Origin: Eukaryota sp. TZLM1-RC
Lineage: Eukaryota > Protista > Metamonada: BaSk clade
NCBI GenBank assembly: GCA_040285825.1
Contig: JAUPSS010000008.1
Span: forward strand, 1 to 64,000
Length of the DNA stretch: 64,000 nt
Direction of reading: 5' to 3'
Below the pieces are notes generated by a model. That model made no database searches, was not told the origin of the DNA, and saw only the letters and a list, made by a program, of their open reading frames with translations. A program made the position numbers and the translations under genes. Below, piece after piece: positions 37,301 through 49,487 of the stretch; position 1 is the stretch's first letter, and every line of letters begins with the position of its first letter.

Positions 37301-37379
37301 TTCCATATTTTGGTTTTCTTACTTTTTAATTTTTTTTAAAATATATTTATTTTTATTCAACAACAAATATGAAATACAC

Positions 37380-38190
37380 AATTAAAACTCCACATTCTCA
37401 AAACCTGCCTCCCCTACATCAAAACAATTAATCGCTAAAGATTCTGAAAATTTCCCAAAAGAAGATAGTGAATCAGAAATTAGTGTTACCATTCCCTTAA
37501 AAATAGAAAATACAATCCTGTTTTGCCAGTAAACACGATTGAAAATTCTTCCAGTTCTTTCCATTACAACTACAACAAAATCCTCAAGGAAAGCCATAGC
37601 AGCCTTACCTAGAGATGCAAGCAAAGAAAAAAAAATGGACATAAATTAAATTGGGCATGAGAATTTTCATTAACCGAGGCAATGGGTTTCGCATATTTAG
37701 CAATTTTATATTTTTCGCCTGCAAGAAGAGGATTATTTACATCCGAGTTAATGAAATGTTCGTTAGAGGAATTACATGGGTCAATAGACATGGCGTCCAA
37801 AATAGTAAAACTACCATTTAAACCAGGAACAACTAGATCACCTCTAGTCAGACCCATAGAAGCTCTGTTGTAACGCGTACTATCAATATTGGGATCATCA
37901 AGAATTAATTTTGATAACAGCGGTTCTAAAAAGGAATCTACTCGATATGATTTGCAAATTACATAAATTTGGTCCCTGACGTTATTATGCACTTTGCTTC
38001 TAAACGTAATGAAATGTTTACAGTTCAAAAGATGAGTAAACAAAAGAGGTTTACCACATTTACAAGTTAAATGATTGGGCAAATTGTTTGGCCACAGAAA
38101 ACAACGAAAACGCATGTTTAGAAGCCATTCATTGTTGTTTAACAAAAGTCCATAAACAGAGGGAACTTGAGTTACTAAAGCAGCACTTTT
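37380..38190 (-). mobile_element. CRE-like family D 3' fragment (copy at ~46285-47090)
   Basis: CKCG..THLLNC..KVHNNVRD..RGDLVVP..LDAMSID..EKYKIAKY. Confidence 0.8.
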
Positions 38191-38398
38191 TAATTTATAT
38201 CAATGTATTGGAAAATACAAATTAATTTTACTAGAAGAATAAAACCAATGTTTCAGTTTGTAATTGGGACTATACAAACCAAATGCTGAATGGATTGGTC
38301 TTATTTCCTGTTTTTTACTCAAGTTTAGACTCATATAACCGTATGACAACGTACCAGACTGCATTCTCAATATACTGACCGACTGTTTAGCTGTTGAA

Positions 38399-38480
38399 GC
38401 AAGCGTGACCGAGTTGGTTATGGTGTTGGATTCAAGTCCCAATGGCGAAAGCCGCGCGAGTTCGAATCTCGTCGCTTGCA
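38399..38480 (+). tRNA. tRNA-Leu(CAA)
   Basis: Acceptor stem GCAAGCG/CGCTTGC, anticodon loop TT-CAA-GT, long variable arm GGC-GAAA-GCC, T-arm GCGAG-TTCGAAT-CTCGT, discriminator A and a downstream T-run. Confidence 0.9.
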
Positions 38481-40618
38481 TTTAACTCACCCATTTTTTT
38501 CTGGCATTTTTTTGACTTGGTTGTACGCAAATTGGTTGATATCTTTTACTTTTGCACTGTAGTTGGTTTTCCGCCTCTATTGTTTGCAACACATGCAGTT
38601 TGTCTATTGCTGGCGGAATACTCACCTATTAAATAAACTTTCATTCCCTTTTTGACAATAATTCATGGTGAAACGATTTCATTTTGATATAGTCAGTCAA
38701 GAGCAATTAATTTTTGAAAAATTTTGATAACTATCTTTTATTTATTGGACAGAAACCTCGGTTATCAATTGCATGTAAATAAAAAAGAAATTTGCAATAG
38801 GTTTACAGATGTTCTTCTTCACCATTTGTTGTTTCATATTGTATCAGTTTTTGAGTTTTCACTGCTTGCAACTCCAAACCGATTAAGTGTAGGTAAAACT
38901 CCTCCGTTTCTCTGAACTTTTCTGTTAAAAGTACAGAGGCAGAGTATGAAAGAGCTTAATTTCCTCTTCTTCTAAACAATTTTAATATTAAAGCTAAATT
39001 GAATCGATGAAAAATCATATTTTGAAAAGCTTTCCCTTTTAGAAGTACTGGGAAGTAAATGATGAATATCACCATTTATCTAAGGTAAATTAACAAAGGA
39101 TTTGTATTCACACTGCAGATGTTTCACCACCATTATCTATACATCCTTTTAGAATAAGATTTTTACATTAATGATGAAGGATAGAAGGTTTTACTTATCT
39201 TGCTTTTGCAACATGTAAGTGTTTTTTTAACTTAATGAAAAGCACCAATGAACCGAGCAAAAATAGTCAAATTAGTGCTCTTGATTTTCGAGTCTACATC
39301 TCCGTTTGAGCATTATATTGATATTAGATATATAATCGAAAGTACCAAATAACAAAGTCTTGAATTACCATTTTCCAAATTAGATTTTTTGGTTGAATCT
39401 TTTTTTCTTGAAGTTTTTGTAAGATAACAGATACTGATAGTTGCATTCCATTGACTAAAAGTTTAACTATTGCAAAGATTACACTGAATACCGTCTGTAA
39501 AGAATTGGCATATCAAGTTTTCAAATGCTAGTTCTGCAACTTTTCTGCTAGAGAATCTCGTATATTGTTGTATGACAAAGTAGAATAATATTGAAACTAT
39601 GGGTGGTGACCTGAAAAGGTTGCAAGCTCAATATATCACGTTGAATGTCAATAGAAAAATTCTTTTTGATTAAGTAAACATAAATGGTCAATATTCTTTT
39701 AGAAAATTTATTTTATTTCAAATAATACAATCTAGAAATCAACATTTTCAAAACAAGCTTCCACACCATCAAACCGTACAACAGGAATATCTTGGTAATG
39801 TACACTGACAGACATCAACGATTTGAAAATAATTTTAGAAATTGTTTTGAAAATAATAAGAATAGTACGATTTAACCACATACGACTATCGAAACGCTTA
39901 TTCATTCTTCTTTTTACCAGATTTTTAAAATCATCAATAAAATTTATGGCAGTTTTTCCAAGACATCCATACAAAGATATAGCAAATGGGCAAAATTGGT
40001 AATCCATATAAGGAATATGTTTCAACTCTTTTAAAGTATTTGTACATTTTTTCCCTTTGTACAATTCTGAATCATCAAGAGGGCTACTTCGGATTGTACA
40101 TTTTTCAAAGGATTTTTCTTGCTTACATCCACTGTTACAACAACAGCAACAACATTCAGGACGTCATCAAACGAGAGTACAACAACATCAGCACGCCGTT
40201 TTTCATAATTTGAATTTCTTACGTTTTCATTTATATCAAGAGACCTCAACAACAAAGGATTCAATATGATAGGAAATACACATTGCATGGATTTGATATC
40301 TTACTGGAACGAAGAAATCTGTTGTAATTAAATAGATGTGATAATGTCAAACCAGCTCACCTTTTGCAAAACAAATCATTGAGCAAATTACAAGGCCATA
40401 GATAGCAACGCATTCTCATAGCGGTGGACCATTGGTCGTCATTTAAAAATAAACCATAAATCTCGGGATTTTGGTTCAAAAAAACAGTACGCATTAGGAT
40501 CATTCACTTTTACAGTGTAGTTGGTTTTCCACCTCATTTGTTTGCAACACACGCAGTTTGTCTATTGCTGGCGCAATACTCACCTATTAAATAAACGTTA
40601 ATTCCTTTTTGACAATAA

Positions 40619-41721
40619 TGTTGTTGTTGAACTCAAATTGAATTAGTAGGTTTCTTTGTATTTCGACTGATGACGTGATACTCATTTATGAATCAGTTTT
40701 ATTAATAAACAACAGATTTCTCTCTCTCCTTCGTGTGTTCATCTGCCTAACGGCATCAATAATTATTGGCCCTTCTTATTTCAGATGACTGTTCCTTCTG
40801 TCAACCTCCCGTCTCCTTCTTCCATGAAAGTTGAAAGTGTTCTCTTGTTCCTACAAGAGTGGAAGATCTATTCTTCTGTGACTTCTAAGAAAGAGCTTGT
40901 TCCAGCAAGACTCTTGGTCGATTCTTTTCTGTTAGAGTCCCTATCTCTCCAGAAATCCGACGTCTCTTCCAGTGACGATGTTCTTCTTAGACATCTTCAA
41001 TCTGTCGTATCGTTCGCCACGTACGAAGATTTTAGTCTGGCTATGTCAGAACTGAAGCTTGATATCCGTATTGGTGACGTCCGAGAACGTATGTCCTGTT
41101 ACCTGCGACGTTTCCTCCAGGTAAAGAGTAGGGCTTCCGGACTGAAGTTACCAGACACAGCTTTTCTGAATCGATTTGCCAGAGGAATTCTTCCCGTAGG
41201 TCTTCAACGTTCTCTACTAGCGAGAATTCGAGATGATTTATTCCCAGATCTTCACTCTCGTGTCATAACCACTACTGATGAGCTGTTGGACTGCTCTAGG
41301 GTTGCTTCATGGACTCGTGGCTTCAAAACCTCAGTGAATGATGTGGAACGTACGGCTGGCACGAAAACGAGGTCCTCTTGGCGCTCTCAGGATTTAAAAA
41401 ATCAATCGTGCTTCAAGTGCCACAAGCCTGGACACATCTCCCGCGATTGTCCATCTAAAATCAAACATGAGGTAAATTATTTGTGTCACACAAACGATGC
41501 ACCAAAGAGTTTAACAAACCTTATATCTTCCCTCTATTGAGCCAGTACTGTATTTGTCCTCAGAAAAGTGGGAAAAAGTAGTGTTGTTGTTGAACTCAAA
41601 TTGAATTAGTAGGTTTCTTTGTATTTCGACTGATGACGTGATACTCATTTATGAATCAGTTTTATTAATAAACAACAGATTTCTCTCTCTCCTTCGTGTG
41701 TTCATCTGCCTAACGGCATCA
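40619..41721 (+). mobile_element. Gag-only non-autonomous LTR element (TR-GAG-like), 1103 bp
   Basis: 140-bp LTRs at 40619-40758 and 41582-41721 look identical (TGTTG..GCATCA). TSD ATAA at 40615-40618 and 41722-41725. PPT AGAAAAGTGGGAAAAAGTAG. Confidence 0.93.
40785..41540 (+). CDS. Gag protein with CCHC zinc knuckle
   Basis: Intact 251-aa ORF containing CFKCHKPGHISRDCP. Confidence 0.88.
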   Translation: MTVPSVNLPSPSSMKVESVLLFLQEWKIYSSVTSKKELVPARLLVDSFLLESLSLQKSDVSSSDDVLLRHLQSVVSFATYEDFSLAMSELKLDIRIGDVRERMSCYLRRFLQVKSRASGLKLPDTAFLNRFARGILPVGLQRSLLARIRDDLFPDLHSRVITTTDELLDCSRVASWTRGFKTSVNDVERTAGTKTRSSWRSQDLKNQSCFKCHKPGHISRDCPSKIKHEVNYLCHTNDAPKSLTNLISSLY

Positions 41722-43062
41722 ATAAGTCATGGTGAAGCGATTTCATTTTGTTATAATCAGTTAAAAAGGAAATACTTTTTGAATAAATTTTGATAACTTA
41801 TCTTTTATTTATTGGAGAAACCTCGGTTATCAATTGCATGTAAATAAAAAAGAAATTTGCAATAGGTTTACAGATGTTCTTCTTCACCATTTGTTGTTTC
41901 ATATTGTATCAGTTTTTGAGTTTTCACTGCATGCAACTCCAAACCGATTAAGTGTAGGTAAAACTCCTCCGTTTCTCTGAACTTTTCTGTTAAAAGTACA
42001 GAGGCAGAGTATGAAAGAGCTTAATTTCCTCTGCTTTTAAACAATTTTAATATTAAAGCTAAATTGAATCGATGAAAAATCATATTTTAAAAAGCTTTCC
42101 CTTTTAGAATTACTGGGAAGTAAATGATGAATATCACCATTAATCAAAGGTAAATTAACAAAGGATTTGTATTCACACTGCAGATGTTTCACCACCATTA
42201 TCTATAAATCCTTTTAGAAAAAGATTTTTACATTAATGATAAAGGATAGAAGGTTTTACTTATTTTGCTTTTCCAACATGTAAGTATTTTTTTAACTTAA
42301 TAAAAAGCACCAATGAACCGAGTAAAAAAATTATTTAACTTTTATAAGACTTACAAACTTGACAAAATAAAATCATAACTTATGGGACGCATTCAATGAA
42401 CCAAAATTTCCTCTGCAAAATCTTGGTCTGCTTACTGTTTAGCTAAAGCTTCTCTAATTCGAATAAAAACCGAGGTAATCTCTTAATAATGGCAAATTGA
42501 ATTCGAGAGCGCCATAAATAGATATCAAATCTTTTCATTGTTTTTTCTTGAACCATTTTTTGGAAATCATTCAAAAAAGTTCCTGATAGTCTTCTGTTTC
42601 GAAAATGGAAAAGCAATAAAAACAAGTGGTCTATTTCTATCAGCAGTAGCGTCTTCGATATCTTTGTCTTCTTTTCTATTATATTCTATAGCTTTAAATT
42701 CAAGGGCACTTACAGGATTAAGTTTTCTTCTTTGAACCAAAGTGCCATTTGCAACATTACAGGAGACAAAGTCAACAACAGCTTCAGAGTTCTCAATGCA
42801 ATCACAGTATACATCACCTCTGTCATCAGAACCAAGAATGTTCAATGACAAAGTTTCTTTCAGCAGAGGCTCTTTAATACACGAGATTCTTGCAGTTCGT
42901 GCCATATTGAAAACGGTGTCTCTGACATCATCATGTAATAAAGAACGATAGCTTATCAATTTAGAACAATTCAGAGCATGACGCAAAGTGAATTCAAATG
43001 AATCTAAAAAAAGATAGAGTAAAAATACTCAAATTAGTGCTCTTGAATATAATTTTTGAAAT

Positions 43063-45242
43063 GGGTCAGGGACACACCTACCCACTTTTTTTAAAAGTGA
43101 AACACACCTACCCACTGCTGAATTTTTTGGTACTTCTGTACCCAATTGTTTTAAGGATACTTATCCATCCCGATTTGTTTGATGATGTAATCATGTTTGT
43201 GTTTCTTAATTACTTGGTACGTTCACCAAATTCATCTCAAACATCAAATAAACCGTTTATGGACATGTTAAGCATACGATAAACCTCCCTAATCTCTATT
43301 GATCTTCAACTAAGTCTTCCAATGCAGAAGATTCTTCCGATTCACTCCAATCTGAATCATCGCTGCTGCCTTCTACACCAAACTGCGGGCGGACGACTGT
43401 TAGTTCTGGAACTTCACTGTCTGGTATCTCTCCTCCATCTCTTTGTTTCTTCTTTCTCTGCCCTTCTCCAGCGCGGAACCGTCGTTGACGTGGTCTTCCT
43501 CTTTGCCTTACAACTTGTGGTGCTTGAGTTTCAGTCTCTTTTAGTTCAATACTTAGGTCTACTGGCATAATTCCCTCCTCGTAAGTTCTGGCATAATTCT
43601 CTCTCAAATAATAAAGGTCCACTGCACTCACTATGTTTTTGTCCATATATAAAAGTGCTGCCACCGCATGAACACAAGGGTATCCATATTGGTCCCAAAA
43701 TCCACATGAACAACATTGTTTGTTCAAATCCACCAACCATGATTTTTCATGCTGTGTAACCTTCAGCACTGAACCTTCCCCTCCCCTGGAAATTGTCACA
43801 ACTTCTAAACTGCGAGCTTCAACAACAGTGCTCTTCAACTTTGCCCACAATGATTTGCAAACAATGGATGTTGTGTTCATCGCTTCAGTTCTTCCTTCCT
43901 CAAACCATTTTGTCAGTTTCAAGCAGATTTCGCTGATCATTCTAACAAGAGGCATACCTCTTGCTCTAAGAAGCCAAGCATTCAAGCTTTCAACTACATT
44001 GGAAGTCAAATGTCCGTAACGGAGTCCTTCGAAATAACAGCTTGCCCAATGATGTTTTCCAGCCTTTATCAGTTTCTCATACACTGGTTTTGATTGACAA
44101 CGGATTTCATTCATTATGAGATCAAATTCGTCAGTTGTTGTAGCTCTAGCTGCACTCCAAATAAATCCTGTGAACCTCGCCCTCATATTTTTGGTCAAAT
44201 GGCGAACACAAAAAGCGTGTTTGGCAGTAACAAAAACAGTAGCAACCGCATCGCAAAGTCCTTTTTCTCTGTCGGAAACAATGGTGTTGATATCTGAACC
44301 ATATGCATCACGAAAACGTTGACAAAACCAGGTCCAGTTGTCTTTGTTTTCGGTCGACACTACTGCAAAGGCCAGTGGAAACAAATGGCCCTCTGCATCA
44401 ATGGACGTGGATGTCAACAACACTTGTTTATGTTTGGTTTTCAAGTGCGTCCCATCCAGAAGAACCATTGAACGACAAAATGCAAATCCCTTGATTGTAC
44501 CTTGCAGCGCTATGAAGAATCGTCTAAAGGTGTCAGTTGTATCCTTTTCAAGATCAATAACACTTCCGGGGTTTCTTTGACTTAAAAGTTCCAAATAGTG
44601 GTCAAGTTTTTTGTAGCTTGATTCTTCAGTTTCATAAAGATTGGTTTTAATCATGTGCCGTACCCGCTTAACAGTGTGATTGGGAAGTATAAATCCAGCC
44701 GCTGTGTTTAAATCCACTTTCAAATGCTTGGAGCTGATGGCAGGATCCTTTTGGATTTTTGTACGAATGAATGTCAAAGAGGCAAGGCATTTTGTGGAAG
44801 GAGGAAGAATCTTGTAGGAAGAAGTTAGATTACCATCACAGGAATGAGCTTTATACCGCTTAACCTCATAAGGAGTTGTTGTAGAAGCGGATTTAGGCCG
44901 TGTAGCATAGCATTCAAACGTACATCTTTTATTTTTGCAACGAGCATAAATTCTTGTATGTTCAGACTTTTTGTAGACACAATAGGCACTGCTCTGGACA
45001 CAATCTAGACGAATCAGTTCCTTTATGATTTCCATCGAAGCCAGGGAACCGATTTTCAAGAGATAATCGGTGTCGTTATGTTTGAGAGTTATAGTTGATT
45101 CAGCAACAACGGAAGAGGTTGTTGTCATGTCCAATCTGCAAAGAAGTCCTATCAGTAAAAAAGTGGGTAGATGTGTTCACTTTATTGTGGTGGGTAGACG
45201 TGTTCCACTTTTTGCAAAAATTGGTAGATGTGTACTTTTCCC
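43063..45242 (-). mobile_element. Mutator-like element (MULE), 2180 bp
   Basis: 9-bp TSD TTTTGAAAT at 43054-43062 and 45243-45251. GGG...CCC ends with imperfect TIRs built on an acac..ctaccca motif. Empty site at ~36335. Confidence 0.93.
43296..45128 (-). CDS. MULE DDE transposase with SWIM zinc finger and AT-hook
   Basis: LLDGTHL, SDREKGL, FCVRHL, TSNVVESLN, CSC..GYPCVH and RGRP. The ORF is uninterrupted. Confidence 0.93.
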   Translation of the reverse strand: MTTTSSVVAESTITLKHNDTDYLLKIGSLASMEIIKELIRLDCVQSSAYCVYKKSEHTRIYARCKNKRCTFECYATRPKSASTTTPYEVKRYKAHSCDGNLTSSYKILPPSTKCLASLTFIRTKIQKDPAISSKHLKVDLNTAAGFILPNHTVKRVRHMIKTNLYETEESSYKKLDHYLELLSQRNPGSVIDLEKDTTDTFRRFFIALQGTIKGFAFCRSMVLLDGTHLKTKHKQVLLTSTSIDAEGHLFPLAFAVVSTENKDNWTWFCQRFRDAYGSDINTIVSDREKGLCDAVATVFVTAKHAFCVRHLTKNMRARFTGFIWSAARATTTDEFDLIMNEIRCQSKPVYEKLIKAGKHHWASCYFEGLRYGHLTSNVVESLNAWLLRARGMPLVRMISEICLKLTKWFEEGRTEAMNTTSIVCKSLWAKLKSTVVEARSLEVVTISRGGEGSVLKVTQHEKSWLVDLNKQCCSCGFWDQYGYPCVHAVAALLYMDKNIVSAVDLYYLRENYARTYEEGIMPVDLSIELKETETQAPQVVRQRGRPRQRRFRAGEGQRKKKQRDGGEIPDSEVPELTVVRPQFGVEGSSDDSDWSESEESSALEDLVEDQ

Positions 45243-47300
45243 TTTTGAAATTCACAATCCACATCACAGTTAGTGGTGTGTAATCTTGACTTGGAAGTAT
45301 ACATCTCCGTTTGAGCATTATATAGATATTAGACATATAATCGAAAGTACCAAATAACAAAGTCTTGAATTGCCATTGTCCAAATTAGATTTCTTGGTTG
45401 AATCTTTTTCCTCTTGAAGTTTTTGTAAGATGAACAGTTGCTGATAGTTGCGTTCCATTGACTAAAAGATTAACTATTGCAAAGTTTACACTGAATTCCG
45501 CCTGTAAAGAATTGGCATATCAAGTTTTCAAATGCTAGTTCTGCAACTTTTCTGCTAGAGAATCTCGTTAATTGTTGTATGACAAAGTAGAATAATATTA
45601 AAACTATAGGTGGTGACCTGAAAAGGTTGCAAGCTCATTATATCACGTTGAATGTCAATAGAAAAATTCTTTTTGATCAGGTAAACATAATTGGACAATA
45701 TTTTTTAGAAAATTTAATTTATTTTCAATAATACAATCTAGAAATCAACATCTTCAAAACAAGCTTCCACACCATCAATCCATACAACAGGAATATCTTG
45801 GTAATGTATACTGACAGATATCAAAGTTTGGAAAATAATTTTAGAAATTGTTGTGAAAATAATAAGAATAGTACGATTTAACCACATACGACTATCAAAA
45901 CGCTTATTCATTCTTCTTTTTACCAGATTTTTAAAATCATCAATAAAATTTATGGCAGTTTTTCCAAGACGTCCATACAAAGATATAGCAAATGGGCAAA
46001 ATTGGTAATACATATAAGGAATATGTTTCAACTCTTTTAAAGTATTTGTACAATTTTCCCTTTGTACAATTCTGAATCATCAAGAGGGCTACTTCGGATT
46101 GTACATTTTTCAAAGCATTTTCTTGCTTACATCCACTGTTACAACAACAGCAACAACATTCAGGATGTCATCAAATGAGAGCACAACAACATCAGCACGC
46201 CGTTTTCCATATTTTGGTTTTCTTACTTTTCAATTTTTTTAAAAATATATTTATTTTTATTCAACAACAAATATGAAATACACAATTAAAAAACCACATC
46301 CTCAACACCTGCCACCCCTACATCAAAACAATTAATCGCTAAAGATTCTTGAAAATTTCCCAAAAGAAGATAGTGAATCAGAAATTAGTGTTACCATTCC
46401 CTTAAAAATAGAAAATACAATCCTGTTTTGCCAGTAAACACGATTGAAAATTCTTCCAGTTCTTTCCTTTACAACTACAACAAAATCCTCAAGGAAAGCC
46501 ATAGCAGCCTTACCTAGAGATCCAAGCAAACAAAAAAATGGACATAAATTAAATTGGGCATGAGAATTTTCATTAACCGAGGCAATGGGTTTCGCATATT
46601 TAGCAATTTTATATTTTTCGCCTGCAAGAAGAGGATTATTTACATCCGAGTTAATGAAATGTTCGTTAGAGGAATTACAAGGGTCAATAGACATGGCGTC
46701 CAAAATAGTAAAACTACCATTTAAACCAGGAACAACTAGATCACCTCTAGTCAGACCCATAGAAGCTCTGTTGTAACGCGTACTATCAATATTGAGATCA
46801 TCAAGAATTAATTTTGATAACAGCGGTTCTAAAAAGGAATCTACTCGATATGATTTGCAAATTACATAAATTTGGTCCCTGACGTTATTATGCACTTTGC
46901 TTCTAAACGTAATGAAATGTTTACAGTTCAAAAGATGAGTAAACAAAGAGGTTTACCACATTTACAAGTTAAATGATTGGGCAAATTGTTTGGCCACAGA
47001 AAACAACGAAAACGCATGTTTAGAAGCCATTCATTGTTGTTTAACAAAAGTCCATAAACAGAGGGAACTTGAGTTACTAAAGCAGCACTTTTTAATTTAT
47101 ATCAATGTATTGGAAAATACAAATTAATTTTACTAGAAGAATAAAACCAATGTTTCAGTTTGTAATTGGGACTATACAAACCAAATGCTGAATGGATTGG
47201 TCTTATTTCCTGTTTTTTACTCAAGTTTAGACTCATATAACCGTATGACAACGTACCAGACTGCATTCTCAATATACTGACCGACTGTTTAGTTGTTGAA

Positions 47301-47382
47301 GCAAGCGTGACCGAGTTGGTTATGGTGTTGGATTCAAGTCCCAATGGCGAAAGCCGCGCGAGTTCGAATCTCGTCGCTTGCA
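47301..47382 (+). tRNA. tRNA-Leu(CAA), duplicate
   Basis: Identical to 38399-38480. Confidence 0.9.
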
Positions 47383-48171
47383 TTTAACTCACCCATTTTT
47401 TTCTGGCATTTTTTTGACTTGGTTGTACGCAAATTGGTTGATATCTTTTACTTTTGCACTGTAGTTGGTTTTCCGCCTCTATTGTTTGCAAAACATGCAG
47501 TTTGTCTATTGCTGGCGGAATACTCACCTATTAAATCAACTTTCATTCCCTTTTTGACAATAATTCATGGTGAAACGATTTCATTTTGATATAGTCAGTC
47601 AAGAGCAATTAATTTTTGAAAAATTTTGATAACTTATCTTTTATTTATTGGACAGAAACCTCGGTTATCAATTGCATGTAAATAAAAAAGAAATTTGCAA
47701 TAGGTTTACAGATGTTCTTCTTCACCATTTGTTGTTTCATATTGTATCAGTTTTTGAGTCTTCACCGCATGCAACTCCAAACCGATTAAGTGTAGGTAAA
47801 ACTCCTCCGTTTCTCTGAACTTTTCTGTTTAAAGTACAGAGGCAGAGTATGAAAGAGCTTAATTTCCTCTTCTTCTAAACAATTTTAATATTAAAGCTAA
47901 ATTGAATCGATGAAAAATCATATTTTGAAAAGCTTTCCCTTTTAGAATTAGTGGGAAGTAATCACTTTCCTCATTCAAAACTGAACTTACCTTTATTTAC
48001 ATTTTACCTGGTCATCAGAAGTTCCGTACTTTCAAAAATTGGCTGCAATAAATAATCTCAACAATCATCCCTCTGAACTACATGCTGTCACTTGAACGTA
48101 TTGAAGTTTGAATGCATCTTATCTCTTGATATCGAGTTTATTTACCTTACCCTGGTCCTCATTTCACCTCT

Positions 48172-48640
48172 ATGTCTCATGCGATCAATCTCACAGATTT
48201 CGAATTCGTAACACACGGTGCCTCTGGAAAACCTATCGTCCTAGGTCGTGGTGCATTTAGTGTAGTATACTTACTCTCTTGTCGTCGTACTGGCACATAT
48301 TACGCCCTCAAGAACATGCTCACAACACCCATGAATGAGGATGATAGATACTGATGCAAAAGAGAAGTAGATTTGCTCTCATCTTTGAACCACAATCATA
48401 TAATTCCAATCAAGGGAGCTAATGTTCTTACAGATTCTATTGATATTCTGCCATTCTGCAATAAGGGTTCTCTTTATGACTTTATAAGAAACAAGAAAAG
48501 TTTATTGATAACGACATTATTATTAATATCCTAAAACAAGTTACATCCACAGTGGTTTTTCTTCATCAAAATGGGTATCTACATCGAGATGTATCCAGTA
48601 GTAATTTTCTGATAAGTTCAATGCATCCTACACATGTGTA
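48172..48640 (+). pseudogene. Truncated protein kinase
   Basis: LGRGAFSVVY, YALK, KREV.LL..LNH and HRDVSSSNFL, with stops/frameshift and no DFG or C-lobe. Confidence 0.8.
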
Positions 48641-49487
48641 TCTTTTCCATTCTCCCAACTTTCCTCCTTCAGACCCGTTTGCGCATCCTTCAAACCCCTT
48701 TGTAATCATCCTCCCAAAACGCTTTCATTCCAAGATTCTCTGGTTCAACATACCATATAAACACCCACAAACTTATCTTCAGTGATCATTGTTACTTCAT
48801 ATACCCCTGCTAACGAGGTTAGCCTCATCTAGTAAACCCAGTTTGTTCCAAGTGTGCAATCAAACTGTGGAGGAAGAGTATGATGTATTAACTACTTGCA
48901 TATTCGTTATCTGACGTTTAAATCACATAAGTTTACACAATATTTTGTGTCTTTCATACCCAGATAATTGTAAAGCGCTGCAGAAGTCGACGAATCATCA
49001 TGATGCAAAAGTACTAGATGTTGAAACAATGGTAATTTAACACAATAAATATTTTTGAATAATGCAATATGTAAATATATTAAAAGTGGAAACAGAATGT
49101 TTTATTGGGACCTCTACATAGTTGAGGATCATGGATCAAACACAATGTGCAGTATATATAAAACTGAACACAAAGAAATCAAAATAAAAAGATAGTACAG
49201 TTTAAAACCTCAAGCATGGGAAAACTAATATTTAAAGTGTTATGGGCTGACAATAGGCGCTCGCATGATATCTGAGTTACATGAGAGCTGATGCTTGAGA
49301 GTTTTCCTTGGAATTGAGTGCATTACGTACAAAAGGAAGATTGTCATGCGATAGAAGAAGATCGAAGGTGTATGGCATTGATGGAAAGGCGTGAGAAGAG
49401 GTGGTTGTTAACTGGTGGGAGGGTGTTGTGAATTTGAAAACTCCTGAGTTGCAAATCACAATAACTGTTGACTTTCCAAAGATCAAG

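Noticed and set aside
38200-38481. 93-aa ORF MQATRFELAR (also 47102-47383)
   Set aside because: It is the antisense translation of the tRNA-Leu gene.
38399-39260. tRNA-headed SINE (tRNA plus repeat Y)
   Set aside because: The tRNA is complete with its own T-run terminator, repeat Y occurs without it, both copies share upstream flanks (duplication), and there is no TSD.
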